Made by a program: the position numbers and the translations under genes. 64,000 nucleotides of DNA from Spirochaetia bacterium (GTDB lineage: Bacteria; Spirochaetota; UBA4802; UBA5550). This document shows positions 20,355 through 30,352 of this stretch, one piece after another; position 1 is the first letter of the stretch; every line of letters begins with the position of its first letter. Location: assembly GCA_009885955.1 (NCBI GenBank), contig VFJS01000061.1, positions 30,228 through 94,227 of the forward strand, read 5' to 3'. The notes beneath the pieces are model-generated. The model had not been told where the DNA came from. It was given only the letters and a program-made list of their open reading frames with translations, and made no database searches.

Positions 20355-21299
20355 TTACTCAGGTATGATAACACCCTCGGGCATGACCATGACCGGCCGG
20401 GCCTCACCGGGATTAAATGGGGCCCTGAGGACTATTTTTTCCTCTTTGCCTTCAATAAATTTCTTCCTGTCGTGGTCCCTGAACCTGACAATAAGCTCGC
20501 CCTTACCTTTCTCAAAAAACAGAAAACATGACCTCACATTTCCCAAATCCCTCCTGATGCCCGATATATTCACAAAAAGGGTATTGTTCATATCCCCGGG
20601 GCGGCTCCGCTGATACTCCCCGAAGGGAGGGAGCGTTGTATGGCCAGAGAGCCACAGGTCAACCCGGTACTTTTTCAGGACATTGACAAACCTGCCGGAA
20701 TCAAGAATTTTGCTCCTGTGGATCGATGAGAAGACAAGGCCGCTCTCCGGGATCTGGGCATGGGTTATGGTTATGACGGTCTTATCCTGATTTTTTGTGA
20801 CGCACTCCTCCCAGAATCGGAAGGAGTGGTCCGATATTTCCGTTGGAGAGCTGTTAATCTCATCTGCGAGAAATATGATAATGACATTGCCCCATATGAC
20901 AGAATAGTAGAGGGGCTTTTTCATATACTTGAAGAAGTTGGCAATGTTCCTGGCGTCATGATTCCCGGTGATCTCATACCAGTATGGGACAGCGGCCATT
21001 TTTCTTGTCTCAAGGATCCACATGAAGTCATTATCGCTGTCACTGTACTGGACTATATCGCCGGCCATGATCCCCATATCCACCGGCTGGAGGTTGTCCC
21101 TTACATCGGCTGCGGCGATTTCATAGTGGGCCCGCTCTTTCAAGTTCCGCGGCTGTATGTCGGAATGGGCCCATATGACAAGACGGTTCCCGGGATAATT
21201 TTTTTCCTGTGCAGGGGAATCGCCGCCCTTGAGGACATGAATAGGGTAAAAAACAATAATGGCGGCAATGAGTGTCACGGAAGGAATAATTTTTTTCAT
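20355..21299 (-). CDS. Exported calcineurin-like metallophosphoesterase
   Basis: SDIQ, AGD, GNHD, TH and SGHT motifs; N-terminal signal/TM. Confidence 0.8.
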   Translation of the reverse strand: MKKIIPSVTLIAAIIVFYPIHVLKGGDSPAQEKNYPGNRLVIWAHSDIQPRNLKERAHYEIAAADVRDNLQPVDMGIMAGDIVQYSDSDNDFMWILETRKMAAVPYWYEITGNHDARNIANFFKYMKKPLYYSVIWGNVIIIFLADEINSSPTEISDHSFRFWEECVTKNQDKTVITITHAQIPESGLVFSSIHRSKILDSGRFVNVLKKYRVDLWLSGHTTLPPFGEYQRSRPGDMNNTLFVNISGIRRDLGNVRSCFLFFEKGKGELIVRFRDHDRKKFIEGKEEKIVLRAPFNPGEARPVMVMPEGVIIPE

Positions 21300-23014
21300 T
21301 TCTTCACTTTTGCCGCGGCAAGAATGGCCCGAATCTGCTCAGCCAGAACCTCTTTTTTTGCAGTACATGGTTCGCCTCCCATTCTCGATTTTACCTCTAT
21401 CTCTCCGCTGGCAAAATAGTTCTTCCCGGCAACAACCCTTACCGGTATGCCGGTAAGATCTGCATCGGCAAATTTTACACCGGGGCTCACCCTCCTGTCG
21501 TCATACAGCACATCAAACCCCGACTCTTTCAGGAACCCGTAGATTTCATCGACAGCGGCAGTTTCAGCCTCGGTCTTCGCTATTCCAATAAAGTATATAT
21601 GAAAAGGGGCAACTTCGACGGGCCATATGATCCCCCTCGCATCATTGTGCTGTTCAACAACGGCAGCCATTGTCCTGTTCACCCCGATGCCGTAGCACCC
21701 CATAATGGGCACCGTCTCCTTTCCGTCCCTGTCAAGGACCGTGACTCCCATGGAACGCGTGTACTTGTAGCCGAGCTTGAAAATATGGCCCACCTCTATC
21801 CCTTTTCTCTCATACATCGGCGTGGAGCATGACGGGCACCGGTCGCCTTCCATGGCAGAGGTGATGTCTGCCTCATCCTTTATAATGAAGTCCCTGCCGG
21901 GATTGACCCCGGTGTAATGGAGGTCCTTTTTATTGGCCCCGGTTATTGCATTTACTGTATCCTTTACAGAGAGGTCAAAAATTGTCCTCATTTTAAAATC
22001 ATTTACCGGGCCGGCAAAACCTGTGGGCGCCCCGGTGAGTTTCAGAATGTCCTCATCGGTTGCAAGGCCAAGCTCCACGGCCCCGAGGATGTTCTTGAGC
22101 TTCACCTCGTTTATCTCGCGGTCGCCGGGGACAACGGCCATGGCCGGCTTCCCGTCTGCCATGTATATGATGCTCTTCAGAAACCTGCCGGCACCGCATG
22201 AAAAAAATGCGGTGAGGTCGTCGATTGTCCTGACCCCCGGTGTATCCACGGACGCAAGCCCCTCCGGCGCATCCTTCTCCCGGGGCCCGGCACCCCTGCC
22301 GTAAGCTGCCTTTTCCCTGTTGGCCCGGTACCCGCATCCGTCGCAGAGGAGCAGTACCTCTTCTCCAACGTCAGATGCCACCATGAACTCCTCGGAATTT
22401 GAACCTCCCATGGATCCGGTGTCCGCCTGGACAGGGATGGTTTCAAGGCCGCACCTCTCGAAGATCCTCCGGTAGGCCGTTCTCATCCCCTGGTAGGATT
22501 CCTCGAGCCCCTTCTCGTCAAGGTCAAAGGAGTAGGCATCCTTCATGATGAACTCCTTGCTCCTTATGACCCCGTACCTTGGCCTTACCTCGTCCCTGAA
22601 CTTTGTATTTATCTGGTAGGCATTGACCGGGAGGTCCCGGTATGATGAAAGTATCTGCCGGAGCACCGCGGTAAAGGCCTCCTCGTGAGTGGGGGCCAGC
22701 GAATATTCCATGCCGTTCCTGTCCTTTATCCTGAACATCTCAGGCCCCATGGTATTCCACCTCCCCGACTCCTTCCATAAATCGGCGCTGGTGAGCTCGG
22801 GCATGAGGAACTCAAGGGCGCCTGCCCTTTCCATCTCCTCCCTGATTATCCCGATAATCTTCAAGAGCACCTTCACCCCCAGCGGAAGGTAGACATACAT
22901 CCCTGCCGATTCCTTCCTGATAAGACCGGCCCTGGTCATGAGCCTGTGGCTCACAACCACGGCATCGGACGGGTCCTCTTTCATCGTGGGAAGAATATAT
23001 CTCGTCATTCTCAT
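21296..23014 (-). CDS. proS: Proline--tRNA ligase (with editing insertion)
   Basis: PTHEE, KFRDEVRPRYG, IEVGHIFKLG, MGCYGIG. Confidence 0.97.
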   Translation of the reverse strand: MRMTRYILPTMKEDPSDAVVVSHRLMTRAGLIRKESAGMYVYLPLGVKVLLKIIGIIREEMERAGALEFLMPELTSADLWKESGRWNTMGPEMFRIKDRNGMEYSLAPTHEEAFTAVLRQILSSYRDLPVNAYQINTKFRDEVRPRYGVIRSKEFIMKDAYSFDLDEKGLEESYQGMRTAYRRIFERCGLETIPVQADTGSMGGSNSEEFMVASDVGEEVLLLCDGCGYRANREKAAYGRGAGPREKDAPEGLASVDTPGVRTIDDLTAFFSCGAGRFLKSIIYMADGKPAMAVVPGDREINEVKLKNILGAVELGLATDEDILKLTGAPTGFAGPVNDFKMRTIFDLSVKDTVNAITGANKKDLHYTGVNPGRDFIIKDEADITSAMEGDRCPSCSTPMYERKGIEVGHIFKLGYKYTRSMGVTVLDRDGKETVPIMGCYGIGVNRTMAAVVEQHNDARGIIWPVEVAPFHIYFIGIAKTEAETAAVDEIYGFLKESGFDVLYDDRRVSPGVKFADADLTGIPVRVVAGKNYFASGEIEVKSRMGGEPCTAKKEVLAEQIRAILAAAKVKK

Positions 23015-23095
23015 ATACGTTCCATCCTGTAATTAATAAAATTAGCCCTATCCAAAATATTGGAAAAACATTGTTATTCATATTCCAATAACTAC

Positions 23096-23288
23096 ATGCC
23101 CTCACCGCGCTCTGCGCACCCTCTCCCGATAGGGAGAGGGTTTTTGTGTATAAAATAATTAAAAATAGAAACTGTGTTTTTCATTTTTTGTGAACTCAAT
23201 TAGATATCTATCGACATGATACCTAAGGTCTGTAATTACCACAACCCCCCTCTCCCTACCCCGGGAGAGGGGCCGGGGGTGAGGGCAT
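23096..23288. repeat. REPIN-like doublet of CCCTCTCCC...GGGAGAGGG hairpin repeats in inverted orientation
   Basis: Arms at 23096-23140 and 23245-23288; perfect terminal inverted repeat atgccctcacc / ggtgagggcat; about 100-bp AT-rich spacer. Confidence 0.8.
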
Positions 23289-23304
23289 GAGATTTAAGCG
23301 CTTT

Positions 23305-24411
23305 TCAATATAAAATAAGATCATCCCGGTTGATGACCTCGTTAAAGTACTTACTCCCGAGGATCTTCTTTATATCATGGGACTTTTTGCCCATTATCTT
23401 CTTTAATTCCTCTACATTATAGTTTACAATCCCCTTCCCGATGAGGGCTCCATCGGAAGTGCTTATGTCCACGGGGTCACCCATATCAAAATCGCCCTGT
23501 ACATCTGTGATGCCCGAAGCAAGCAGCGATTTCTTTGCATCCCTGAGCGCTATGACTGCGCCGCCGTCAATGGTAATGAATCCGTCGGGTTTCCTGAGGG
23601 CAAGCCACTTTTTCCTGCTCCCCAGTGACCTGTCTTTGCCTATGAAGATGGTCCCTATCCTCTCTCCGTCGAGGATGCGGCCCAGTACATTCTTCTCGCT
23701 CCCCCTTGCAATGACCATCATCTCGCCGAATCTGATGATAAGCTCGGCAGCAAGGATTTTTGTGAGCATACCGCCAGTGCCATAAACCGATCCAGCCCCC
23801 CTGGCGTTCTGCATGATCTCCTCGGTAATTTCGAAAACTTCATCGGCAGGCACAGGGTCTTTCAGGTCATGGTAAAACCCGTCCACGTCGGAAAGGAGGA
23901 TGAGCAGGTCGGCATCTATGAGGCTCGATACATACGCAGAGAGGGTGTCGTTGTCTCCGAATTTTATCTCCTTGACGGTGACCGAGTCATTTTCATTTAC
24001 TATGGGTATAATCCCCATGTCCAGGAGAGAAGTAAAGGTGTTCCGCGCATTCAGGTAGCGCTTGCGGTTTTTTATATCGTCCTCGGTAAGGAGGATCTGG
24101 CCGATAGTGTATCCCTTTTTTTTAAAAATGGCCCTGTATTCATTTATCATGATCGACTGGCCTACAGCGGCAAGGGCCTGCTTTTCAGGGATTGATAGAG
24201 TGTTCCTGTTCCTTCCCATGGCGCCGGCGCCGGCGGCAACAGCCCCTGACGAGACTATCACCACCTGATAGCCCCTTTTTAAAAGGGCTATCACTCCTCC
24301 GGCAATCCTGGACATCTTTTTCCTTGAGAGGTTTCCGTCTTCGGCAATGGTGGATGTGCCGACTTTAACTACTATCTTCCTCACATCTTTAAGATGCTCT
24401 TTGCGTGGCAT
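23305..24411 (-). CDS. proB: Glutamate 5-kinase
   Basis: VVKVGTS, NENDSV...FGDNDTLS, GTGGM.TK, C-terminal PUA domain. Confidence 0.96.
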   Translation of the reverse strand: MPRKEHLKDVRKIVVKVGTSTIAEDGNLSRKKMSRIAGGVIALLKRGYQVVIVSSGAVAAGAGAMGRNRNTLSIPEKQALAAVGQSIMINEYRAIFKKKGYTIGQILLTEDDIKNRKRYLNARNTFTSLLDMGIIPIVNENDSVTVKEIKFGDNDTLSAYVSSLIDADLLILLSDVDGFYHDLKDPVPADEVFEITEEIMQNARGAGSVYGTGGMLTKILAAELIIRFGEMMVIARGSEKNVLGRILDGERIGTIFIGKDRSLGSRKKWLALRKPDGFITIDGGAVIALRDAKKSLLASGITDVQGDFDMGDPVDISTSDGALIGKGIVNYNVEELKKIMGKKSHDIKKILGSKYFNEVINRDDLILY

Positions 24412-24412
24412 G

Positions 24413-25396
24413 TCAACCGTCCATGAGATCGTCAATAATTTCGATAAGGCCGGTTATATTTTTTTTGTCAACGGCCGATATTGCAAGCAGTTTATTGCCT
24501 TCTAATATTAAAATTCTCTCATTAAGCTCCTCTTCATCAAGGAGGTCCGACTTTGTAAGGATGATATAGCCCGGCTTTTTCAGAAGTTCGCCATTGTAAA
24601 ACCCCAGCTCCGATTTCAGGAGCTCAAGGTTGTAGAGGAGGTCATCGCCTGTGCATTCAATAAGGTAAAGAATTACCTTCACCCTTTCAATATGCTGGAG
24701 AAATGAGAGGCCCAGCCCATGGCCCTTGTGGGCCCCTTCAATGATTCCTGGAATATCGGCTATCCGGTAGGGCTTCCCGCCCCGTCCCTCAATGATGCCC
24801 AGGTTGGGGATCAGTGTTGTGAAAGGGTAATTTCCAATCTTCGGCCTGGCATTGGTAAGAATAGAAAGCAATGTGGATTTTCCCGAATTGGGCAGGCCCA
24901 CAAGCCCTATATCAGCAATTAATTTCAGGTTCAGGGTTATGAGGATCTCTTCTGTTTTTATCCCGGGCTGCGCGAACCTGGGAGTTTGAAAAGTCGACGA
25001 CTTAAAAAAGGCGTTCCCCTTTCCTCCTATTCCCCCTTCTGCTGCAAGGTACCTGGTATTTTCATCGACCAGGTCAACAAGGATATCCCCGGACTCAGCA
25101 TTGATGATCTGGGTTCCCGGAGGGATTTTTACAACAAGATCATTCCCGTCGTGGCCTGTCCTGTTTGCGCCCATGCCGTGCATGCCGTTGCCCGCCTGGT
25201 AGATCCTGTTCTTGGAAAAATGGGAAAGGTTGTGGAGGTTCATGTTCGTTTCAAAATAGACGCCCCCCCCCTTGCCTCCGTCGCCGCCGTCGGGCCCCCC
25301 CTTGGGCATATACTTCTCCCTCATGAAGGAGACAGAGCCCGGTCCGCCGTTTCCCGCCTTCACCCGTATGGTTATGGTATCTGTGAATTTTGCCAA
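24413..25396 (-). CDS. obgE: GTPase Obg
   Basis: PKGGPDGGDGGKGG, GLPNSGKST, YPFTT, DIPG; TTG start. Confidence 0.96.
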   Translation of the reverse strand: MAKFTDTITIRVKAGNGGPGSVSFMREKYMPKGGPDGGDGGKGGGVYFETNMNLHNLSHFSKNRIYQAGNGMHGMGANRTGHDGNDLVVKIPPGTQIINAESGDILVDLVDENTRYLAAEGGIGGKGNAFFKSSTFQTPRFAQPGIKTEEILITLNLKLIADIGLVGLPNSGKSTLLSILTNARPKIGNYPFTTLIPNLGIIEGRGGKPYRIADIPGIIEGAHKGHGLGLSFLQHIERVKVILYLIECTGDDLLYNLELLKSELGFYNGELLKKPGYIILTKSDLLDEEELNERILILEGNKLLAISAVDKKNITGLIEIIDDLMDG

Positions 25397-25408
25397 TATA
25401 TGACTCCC

Positions 25409-25442
25409 AAAATAGAAGGCGAGGTCTAAGAACCTCGCCTTC
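25409..25442 (-). terminator. Intrinsic terminator between rpmA and obg
   Basis: 11-bp stem gaaggcgaggt / acctcgccttc with 6-nt loop, followed by TATTTT on the minus strand. Confidence 0.65.
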
Positions 25443-25469
25443 GCAGATAATCAAAATATAAATAGCCTG

Positions 25470-25733
25470 TCAGACTGCAGGTGCAGGATACACGGAAACT
25501 TTCTTTCTCCTTTTATCGAGCCTCTCAAAGGTGACAAAACCGGTTATTGTGGCAAAAAGGGTATCGTCGCTCCCCCTGCCCACATTGTTGCCGGGGTGGA
25601 TCTTGGTTCCCCTCTGCCTCACGATTATTGTTCCCGCATTAATAAGCTGGCCTCCGAATCTCTTTACACCCAGCCTCTGGGAATTCGAATCCCTGCCGTT
25701 TCTTGTTGAGCCGCCGCCCTTCTTGTGTGCCAT
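25470..25733 (-). CDS. rpmA: 50S ribosomal protein L27 (short form)
   Basis: [16 protein letters not shown]...[10 protein letters not shown]. Confidence 0.98.
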   Translation of the reverse strand: MAHKKGGGSTRNGRDSNSQRLGVKRFGGQLINAGTIIVRQRGTKIHPGNNVGRGSDDTLFATITGFVTFERLDKRRKKVSVYPAPAV

Positions 25734-25745
25734 TGTAATCTCCTG

Positions 25746-26120
25746 TTATACTTTGACGGCTTTATCATCAAAATGTATTTCCATGATGCCGTCGTTGTTT
25801 TTTAATATTTCCATCAGGCCGATGAGAAGGAGCCCCGCTATTGTTTCGAGCTTAATCATCTTTTCAATCCCCAGGCCTGTTATGCTGAATTCGCTGCTTA
25901 TGTATCCGTCCCTGATTGTCAGATCCTGTTCTATTTCAGCTATCCTGGATATTCCGGCCACTGCAGTCTGTGCCAGAACCGAAACCGCCGCGCAAACCAG
26001 GTCTTCACCCTTTTTCCCTGTGCCGGAATGGCCTTCAACCCGTATACCTGCAGCCTTTGACCTGTCCTTAAATCCTATACCCCTGTCAAAATAGATATTT
26101 GAAAATTGTATCTTAATCAA
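25746..26120 (-). CDS. prp: Ribosomal-processing cysteine protease Prp (DUF464) homolog
   Basis: EGHS...DLVCAAVS (His/Cys dyad); located between rplU and rpmA. Confidence 0.85.
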   Translation of the reverse strand: MIKIQFSNIYFDRGIGFKDRSKAAGIRVEGHSGTGKKGEDLVCAAVSVLAQTAVAGISRIAEIEQDLTIRDGYISSEFSITGLGIEKMIKLETIAGLLLIGLMEILKNNDGIMEIHFDDKAVKV

Positions 26121-26141
26121 GCTTCATCAATATGAAGGGTT

Positions 26142-26456
26142 TCAGCTTACCGCAACACTGCTGATCTTTATCTGCGACAGGTCCTGGCGGTGCCCCATGG
26201 TTTTCATGTAGTTCTTTCTCTTCTTGAATTTTGCCCCGAAGACCTTCTTTCCCCTGATGTCGCCGAGGACCTTCGCCTCGATCTTCACATTTGCCAGGTA
26301 GGGCTGGCCGATAAGAACCTTTTCCCCGTCTGCCAGGAGGAGCACCTTGTCAAAGGTTATATCCTGCTCCTTCTGGATATTCAATTTATCAACGCTTATT
26401 ACCGCGTCGTTCTCCACCCTGTACTGTTTACCGCTTATTTCAACAATTGCATACAT
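26142..26456 (-). CDS. rplU: 50S ribosomal protein L21
   Basis: MYAIVEISGKQYRV...GHRQ. Confidence 0.97.
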   Translation of the reverse strand: MYAIVEISGKQYRVENDAVISVDKLNIQKEQDITFDKVLLLADGEKVLIGQPYLANVKIEAKVLGDIRGKKVFGAKFKKRKNYMKTMGHRQDLSQIKISSVAVS

Positions 26457-26565
26457 AATCCTTATCTAAACCTCTTTAATTATAAAAAAATCATACGGCA
26501 TGGCGCTATTCAGGAAACCGAGGGAGACTTACCTGAAGCTCCTATTGCTTTTCCACCCTTTCGTC

Positions 26566-26639
26566 TGGGCCCACAAGGAATTGAACCTTGGACCCCCTGA
26601 TTATGAGTCAGATGCTCTAACCAACTGAGCTATGGGCCC
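26566..26639 (-). tRNA. tRNA with CAT anticodon, most likely tRNA-Ile2 (lysidine); CCA not encoded
   Basis: GGGCCCATAGCTCAGTTGGTTAGAGCATCTGACTCATAATCAGGGGGTCCAAGGTTCAATTCCTTGTGGGCCCA folds as a cloverleaf; G1-C72 pair and no triple G-C anticodon stem argue against fMet. Confidence 0.85.
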
Positions 26640-26843
26640 TGAAACCATATAGAGTGCCATCTATCATAATACACGACTTTCTGTCAAGAAAATTTACAAC
26701 ATGGAGAAAATTGAGGCACTTATTTATAATGCAGAATATAAAAACACGGCTACTATAACCATTGGCACTCTGATTTTCTTCATTATTGTTTAATCTATCA
26801 ACAGATTAATTTTTTTAAGATAAAATTTATTAAAATTAATAGT

Positions 26844-27007
26844 TTAAAAATCGGCTGATTCAATCATTACAACGATATCAATGTCGCTATCATCTTTCAT
26901 TTATTCGCGGGCAGCAGATCCGAAAAGACCAAGACGTATTAAATGATATTTATTTCCGTATGCTATGATAAAATTTTTAGATTGTCGAGTATTTCATTTT
27001 TTTCCAT
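26844..27007 (-). pseudogene. Decayed minimal nucleotidyltransferase (MntA-type antitoxin)
   Basis: MEKNEILDNLK, 1-nt frameshift, then NFIIAYGNKYHLIRLGLFGSAARE*MKDDSDIDIVV; the GSxAR...DSDID motif is interrupted by an in-frame TAA. Confidence 0.7.
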
Positions 27008-27163
27008 ATCATTATTCCTGTATTATTCTTCATGATAGGAATCTGCACAAATAAATGATAAAAACAGATCCCGAAAATCGTTAAAAAAAATAGAAAGTAT
27101 TTAATAAAACCCTATTCAAGAGACAGAATAAAAGTACTCTGCCTTAAAATTTATAAAAAAGTT

Positions 27164-27715
27164 TTAAAATCCTCTAAATTCTTTTCTTTTATCTTTATTT
27201 TGATCGGCTTCTCGTCTTTTTGCAATTTCTCTATCTTCATACATTATACAATTTTTTTGATATACATTACCAATACCAAGCAAACATTGAGATGCTTCTA
27301 ATCTATATTTAATGGTATCCCATCCACACCATTCTACATTTCCCAAATTATCAAACTCACATTTAAAAGGATTACCATATTTTTCTTTTAAATATGATAA
27401 AAATTGATCCCATTCACTTGAAGACATCTGTATCATCTCAACACGAATTGAATATAGTTCATTCTCGTAAAAATATAATCTTATCTCATTAACCTTTTTA
27501 TCATTTATTTCTATTTGAATTGAAATAAATTTATTATCAACATAAACCCTGTTTTCAAATTTTGAATAGTTTTTTTTAATTTCCCCTAATACTTTTTCTT
27601 TGGAATCCCCAATAATAAATTCTTTATATCCAAAATTACTTCTTTTGTTTTCTGATGAAAATAAAGTTATGCTGAAAAATGAAATTCCCATCAATATTAA
27701 TATAATTTTTCTCAT
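27164..27715 (-). CDS. Exported hypothetical protein (low GC)
   Basis: MRKIILILMGISFFS signal peptide; LKEKYGNP motif; start placed at 27715. Confidence 0.7.
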   Translation of the reverse strand: MRKIILILMGISFFSITLFSSENKRSNFGYKEFIIGDSKEKVLGEIKKNYSKFENRVYVDNKFISIQIEINDKKVNEIRLYFYENELYSIRVEMIQMSSSEWDQFLSYLKEKYGNPFKCEFDNLGNVEWCGWDTIKYRLEASQCLLGIGNVYQKNCIMYEDREIAKRREADQNKDKRKEFRGF

Positions 27716-28164
27716 GTTCCCCCTATAAAAAATAATAATTGAAAATGATAGATGACCTTGCTCCCGAATCATAGACAGAAAGAATCCCCATCTGATGCTT
27801 CATTCATGCAAGATTGCATCAATAATTTCTAAAAAAATCATCATAACCATTTTTTTTAACTATTATTCTAACCGTAATATGACTTATTAGCATCCCTCAC
27901 ATTCATAAACTGATATTCTAATTTTAGCTCACTATATAATACCTCGACTATTCAAAATTTTCGCTGTTGGTTATTGGTTTTTTATAATATTTGTGTATAG
28001 AATATAAATTGCCCTTTTGGATATAAGATACAAATTCCATTTTCTATCAGTTCCTGTAATTATTCTATAAAATATATTTTATGACAATCACAAATAATAA
28101 AATTAATGTTTTTCAATAATTCTTCGAATTATCGATTAAAATCATCACTCTCACCCAGAAAAAT

Positions 28165-28827
28165 TCACTCTACTCCCGCAATTTTTAATATCCCTTTTCG
28201 AAAACATTGAAAACTTGGAGATCGGTTTTCCACTACATTAATGTGAGGTGTGATATTTCTTGCCCATTCATGTTTCAAGGAACCGATCACATGATATGGC
28301 TTATCTTTAAGCGAAGCGATCCCGCCATGATACACAGCATCGGCAAGCAATTCCCATGTTCTGCATATCGTATCGTTTTTATAGGTATTTAATATGGCTG
28401 TTTTCACGGAAGGATAAGCTTTCATTATAGCATTGATATCCCCTAAAAGCCATGCTTCCATTTCTTCGACAGCTATACGAAATAAAGTATCTGGATGAGG
28501 ATTACACGCATCTTTTAACTTTAGCAATTCCTTTTTAAAATCGATACAGTTATTTTTATCGTTATCGACAACAACTACTACAGAAACATCTTTATATTTG
28601 ATATATGTTTTTCCATAGGCAATTAATAAACGGGGAAGACGGTCAAGCAGGATACGTTTCCTCGGATTAGTTTTCCCCATTAAATTTCTGGGAATATACC
28701 CAATCCCTTTATAAGAAATAATACGATAGGTACATATATTTCCTGAAGGACCGATAATTTTACTTAGTATAACCTGTAACATTTCTTTCCCGGAACTATC
28801 CTCAACAAGAATCTCGAGGTGCTTCAT
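28165..28827 (-). CDS. DUF4276-family (TOPRIM-like) protein
   Basis: ILVEDSS, VVVVDND, EEMEAWLLGD, NRSPSFQCF. Confidence 0.75.
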   Translation of the reverse strand: MKHLEILVEDSSGKEMLQVILSKIIGPSGNICTYRIISYKGIGYIPRNLMGKTNPRKRILLDRLPRLLIAYGKTYIKYKDVSVVVVVDNDKNNCIDFKKELLKLKDACNPHPDTLFRIAVEEMEAWLLGDINAIMKAYPSVKTAILNTYKNDTICRTWELLADAVYHGGIASLKDKPYHVIGSLKHEWARNITPHINVVENRSPSFQCFRKGILKIAGVE

Positions 28828-28829
28828 TA

Positions 28830-30077
28830 TTACTTGTGACCTCCCTCAAGATAATCACTATACCACAAACTGCCTAATGGCAGCCCCTCTGACACCATAT
28901 TTTTTATTAATGGATCATCGCTTGCCCTTCGAATTGTTGAAAAACCGTTATCTCCCTTTTCAAGTATCCATACCTCATCAGGGCTCAATGCATCAACGAA
29001 GTATGGTTGATGTGTCGTAATAAATACCTGGGGGCTATTTATTTTACCGGTGGCATGTACCCGAAATTCATTCGCGAGCGTTTCTAACAGTTTATGGTAG
29101 AGACCGTTTTCCGGTTCTTCAATACATACAAATGGAGCCGGTTCCGGATCTTGTAAAAGTAAAAGATAACAAAACATTTTCAATGTACCATCGGACATTT
29201 GCTGTTGTGTAAAAGGCTTCACGAAGCCTTTGTCCTTGAAAAGTAGATATAAATTATTGGTAACTTCATCTCTATAAGTTAGAATTTCACCAATGCCTGG
29301 AATTTTTTCAGATATATCTTTAAGAATACGTTTAAAAATGATAGGGTGATTCCGTTCCAGATATTGAACTACATTGCCCATATTATCGCCATGAAGATTC
29401 AGATGTTTTTGAATACCAGCCTGGGGAATGGTACGAGCCGCGTCGGGTGTAAAATAGCTGAGATACCAGCTCTGAATGAATTGTTTGAATTTAGTAATAC
29501 GTGGGTGTTCTTTAATGTGCTCCGCAAGTGTCACGATTGCCAGCTTATAAGGATCTAACTCAATTTCAATTTGATCAAGGTCATCCCCTTCCACGCTATC
29601 CGTACCGGTCCATGCGCGGCCTTTACCTCTTTCAAGCCATAAAAAAGACAAGGGTTGTCCTTTACTTTGTCCTTTCCGGCGCTGACGCAGACGTTCGCTT
29701 ACAACAATGGGCAATTGTGTAATTTCGTCTTTATTTATATATACTTCATAGGTTATCGGTCTGTCATTCAATGATTCACGATAATATATCGTTATTCCAA
29801 TTGGATCCGTGACACCTAATGTAAATAGTTTATCGAGACCTCCTCTGTTTCGAGCATTACATGCCGTTTCAATATCAGTTTCCATGCAATCGGCTAAAAA
29901 TCCAAGCACATCAAATATTGTACTTTTCCCCACGCCATTTTTGCCGATAACGGCAGTTAGAGGAGTTAATTGTTCGGCATCCTTCAGGTCTGGGTCCGTA
30001 CCTATGCGTCCCAATGCAACATTTCTCAATGATCGGTAATTTTGTATTTTAAAACCCTCAATTAATGCCACAATCAT
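28830..30077 (-). CDS. ABC-type ATPase (AAA_21 / AbiEii-like)
   Basis: IQNYRSL, GKNGVGKS, MSDGT, IEEPENGL, ITTHQP. Confidence 0.9.
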   Translation of the reverse strand: MIVALIEGFKIQNYRSLRNVALGRIGTDPDLKDAEQLTPLTAVIGKNGVGKSTIFDVLGFLADCMETDIETACNARNRGGLDKLFTLGVTDPIGITIYYRESLNDRPITYEVYINKDEITQLPIVVSERLRQRRKGQSKGQPLSFLWLERGKGRAWTGTDSVEGDDLDQIEIELDPYKLAIVTLAEHIKEHPRITKFKQFIQSWYLSYFTPDAARTIPQAGIQKHLNLHGDNMGNVVQYLERNHPIIFKRILKDISEKIPGIGEILTYRDEVTNNLYLLFKDKGFVKPFTQQQMSDGTLKMFCYLLLLQDPEPAPFVCIEEPENGLYHKLLETLANEFRVHATGKINSPQVFITTHQPYFVDALSPDEVWILEKGDNGFSTIRRASDDPLIKNMVSEGLPLGSLWYSDYLEGGHK

Positions 30078-30352
30078 TTATCTCCATTTAATAAACGTTA
30101 TTCTTTCGGAAAAAGATTTATGGCTCCCTGGAAAAACTCCTTGATAAGGGAAGATATTCCGTTGGAAGGCTCCTTCTTTTTTTTATGATACGGTTGCAGT
30201 AGAATTTTTATAAGGAATAAATTTTAAATTTCATTTCTTACCACATACGGGTTTATTCTTCCGAATCAGGCAATCCTTTCATCAGGCGAATCACGGCGAA
30301 GATGATTAATGATAATTAATTTTTCCTTTCATAAAAATTAATCCCCCATCAG

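Noticed and set aside
25470-26120. Programmed readthrough producing a Prp-L27 fusion
   Set aside because: The shared frame has a one-in-three chance, the stop is TAA, and rpmA has its own AGGAG RBS.
26566-26639. Initiator tRNA-fMet
   Set aside because: Positions 1-72 are paired and the three consecutive G-C pairs of the anticodon stem are missing. Ile2 is preferred; elongator Met is not fully excluded.
26566-30340. Integrative element inserted at the tRNA
   Set aside because: The islet lies on the 5' side of the tRNA; there is no integrase and I saw no duplicated tRNA 3' end.
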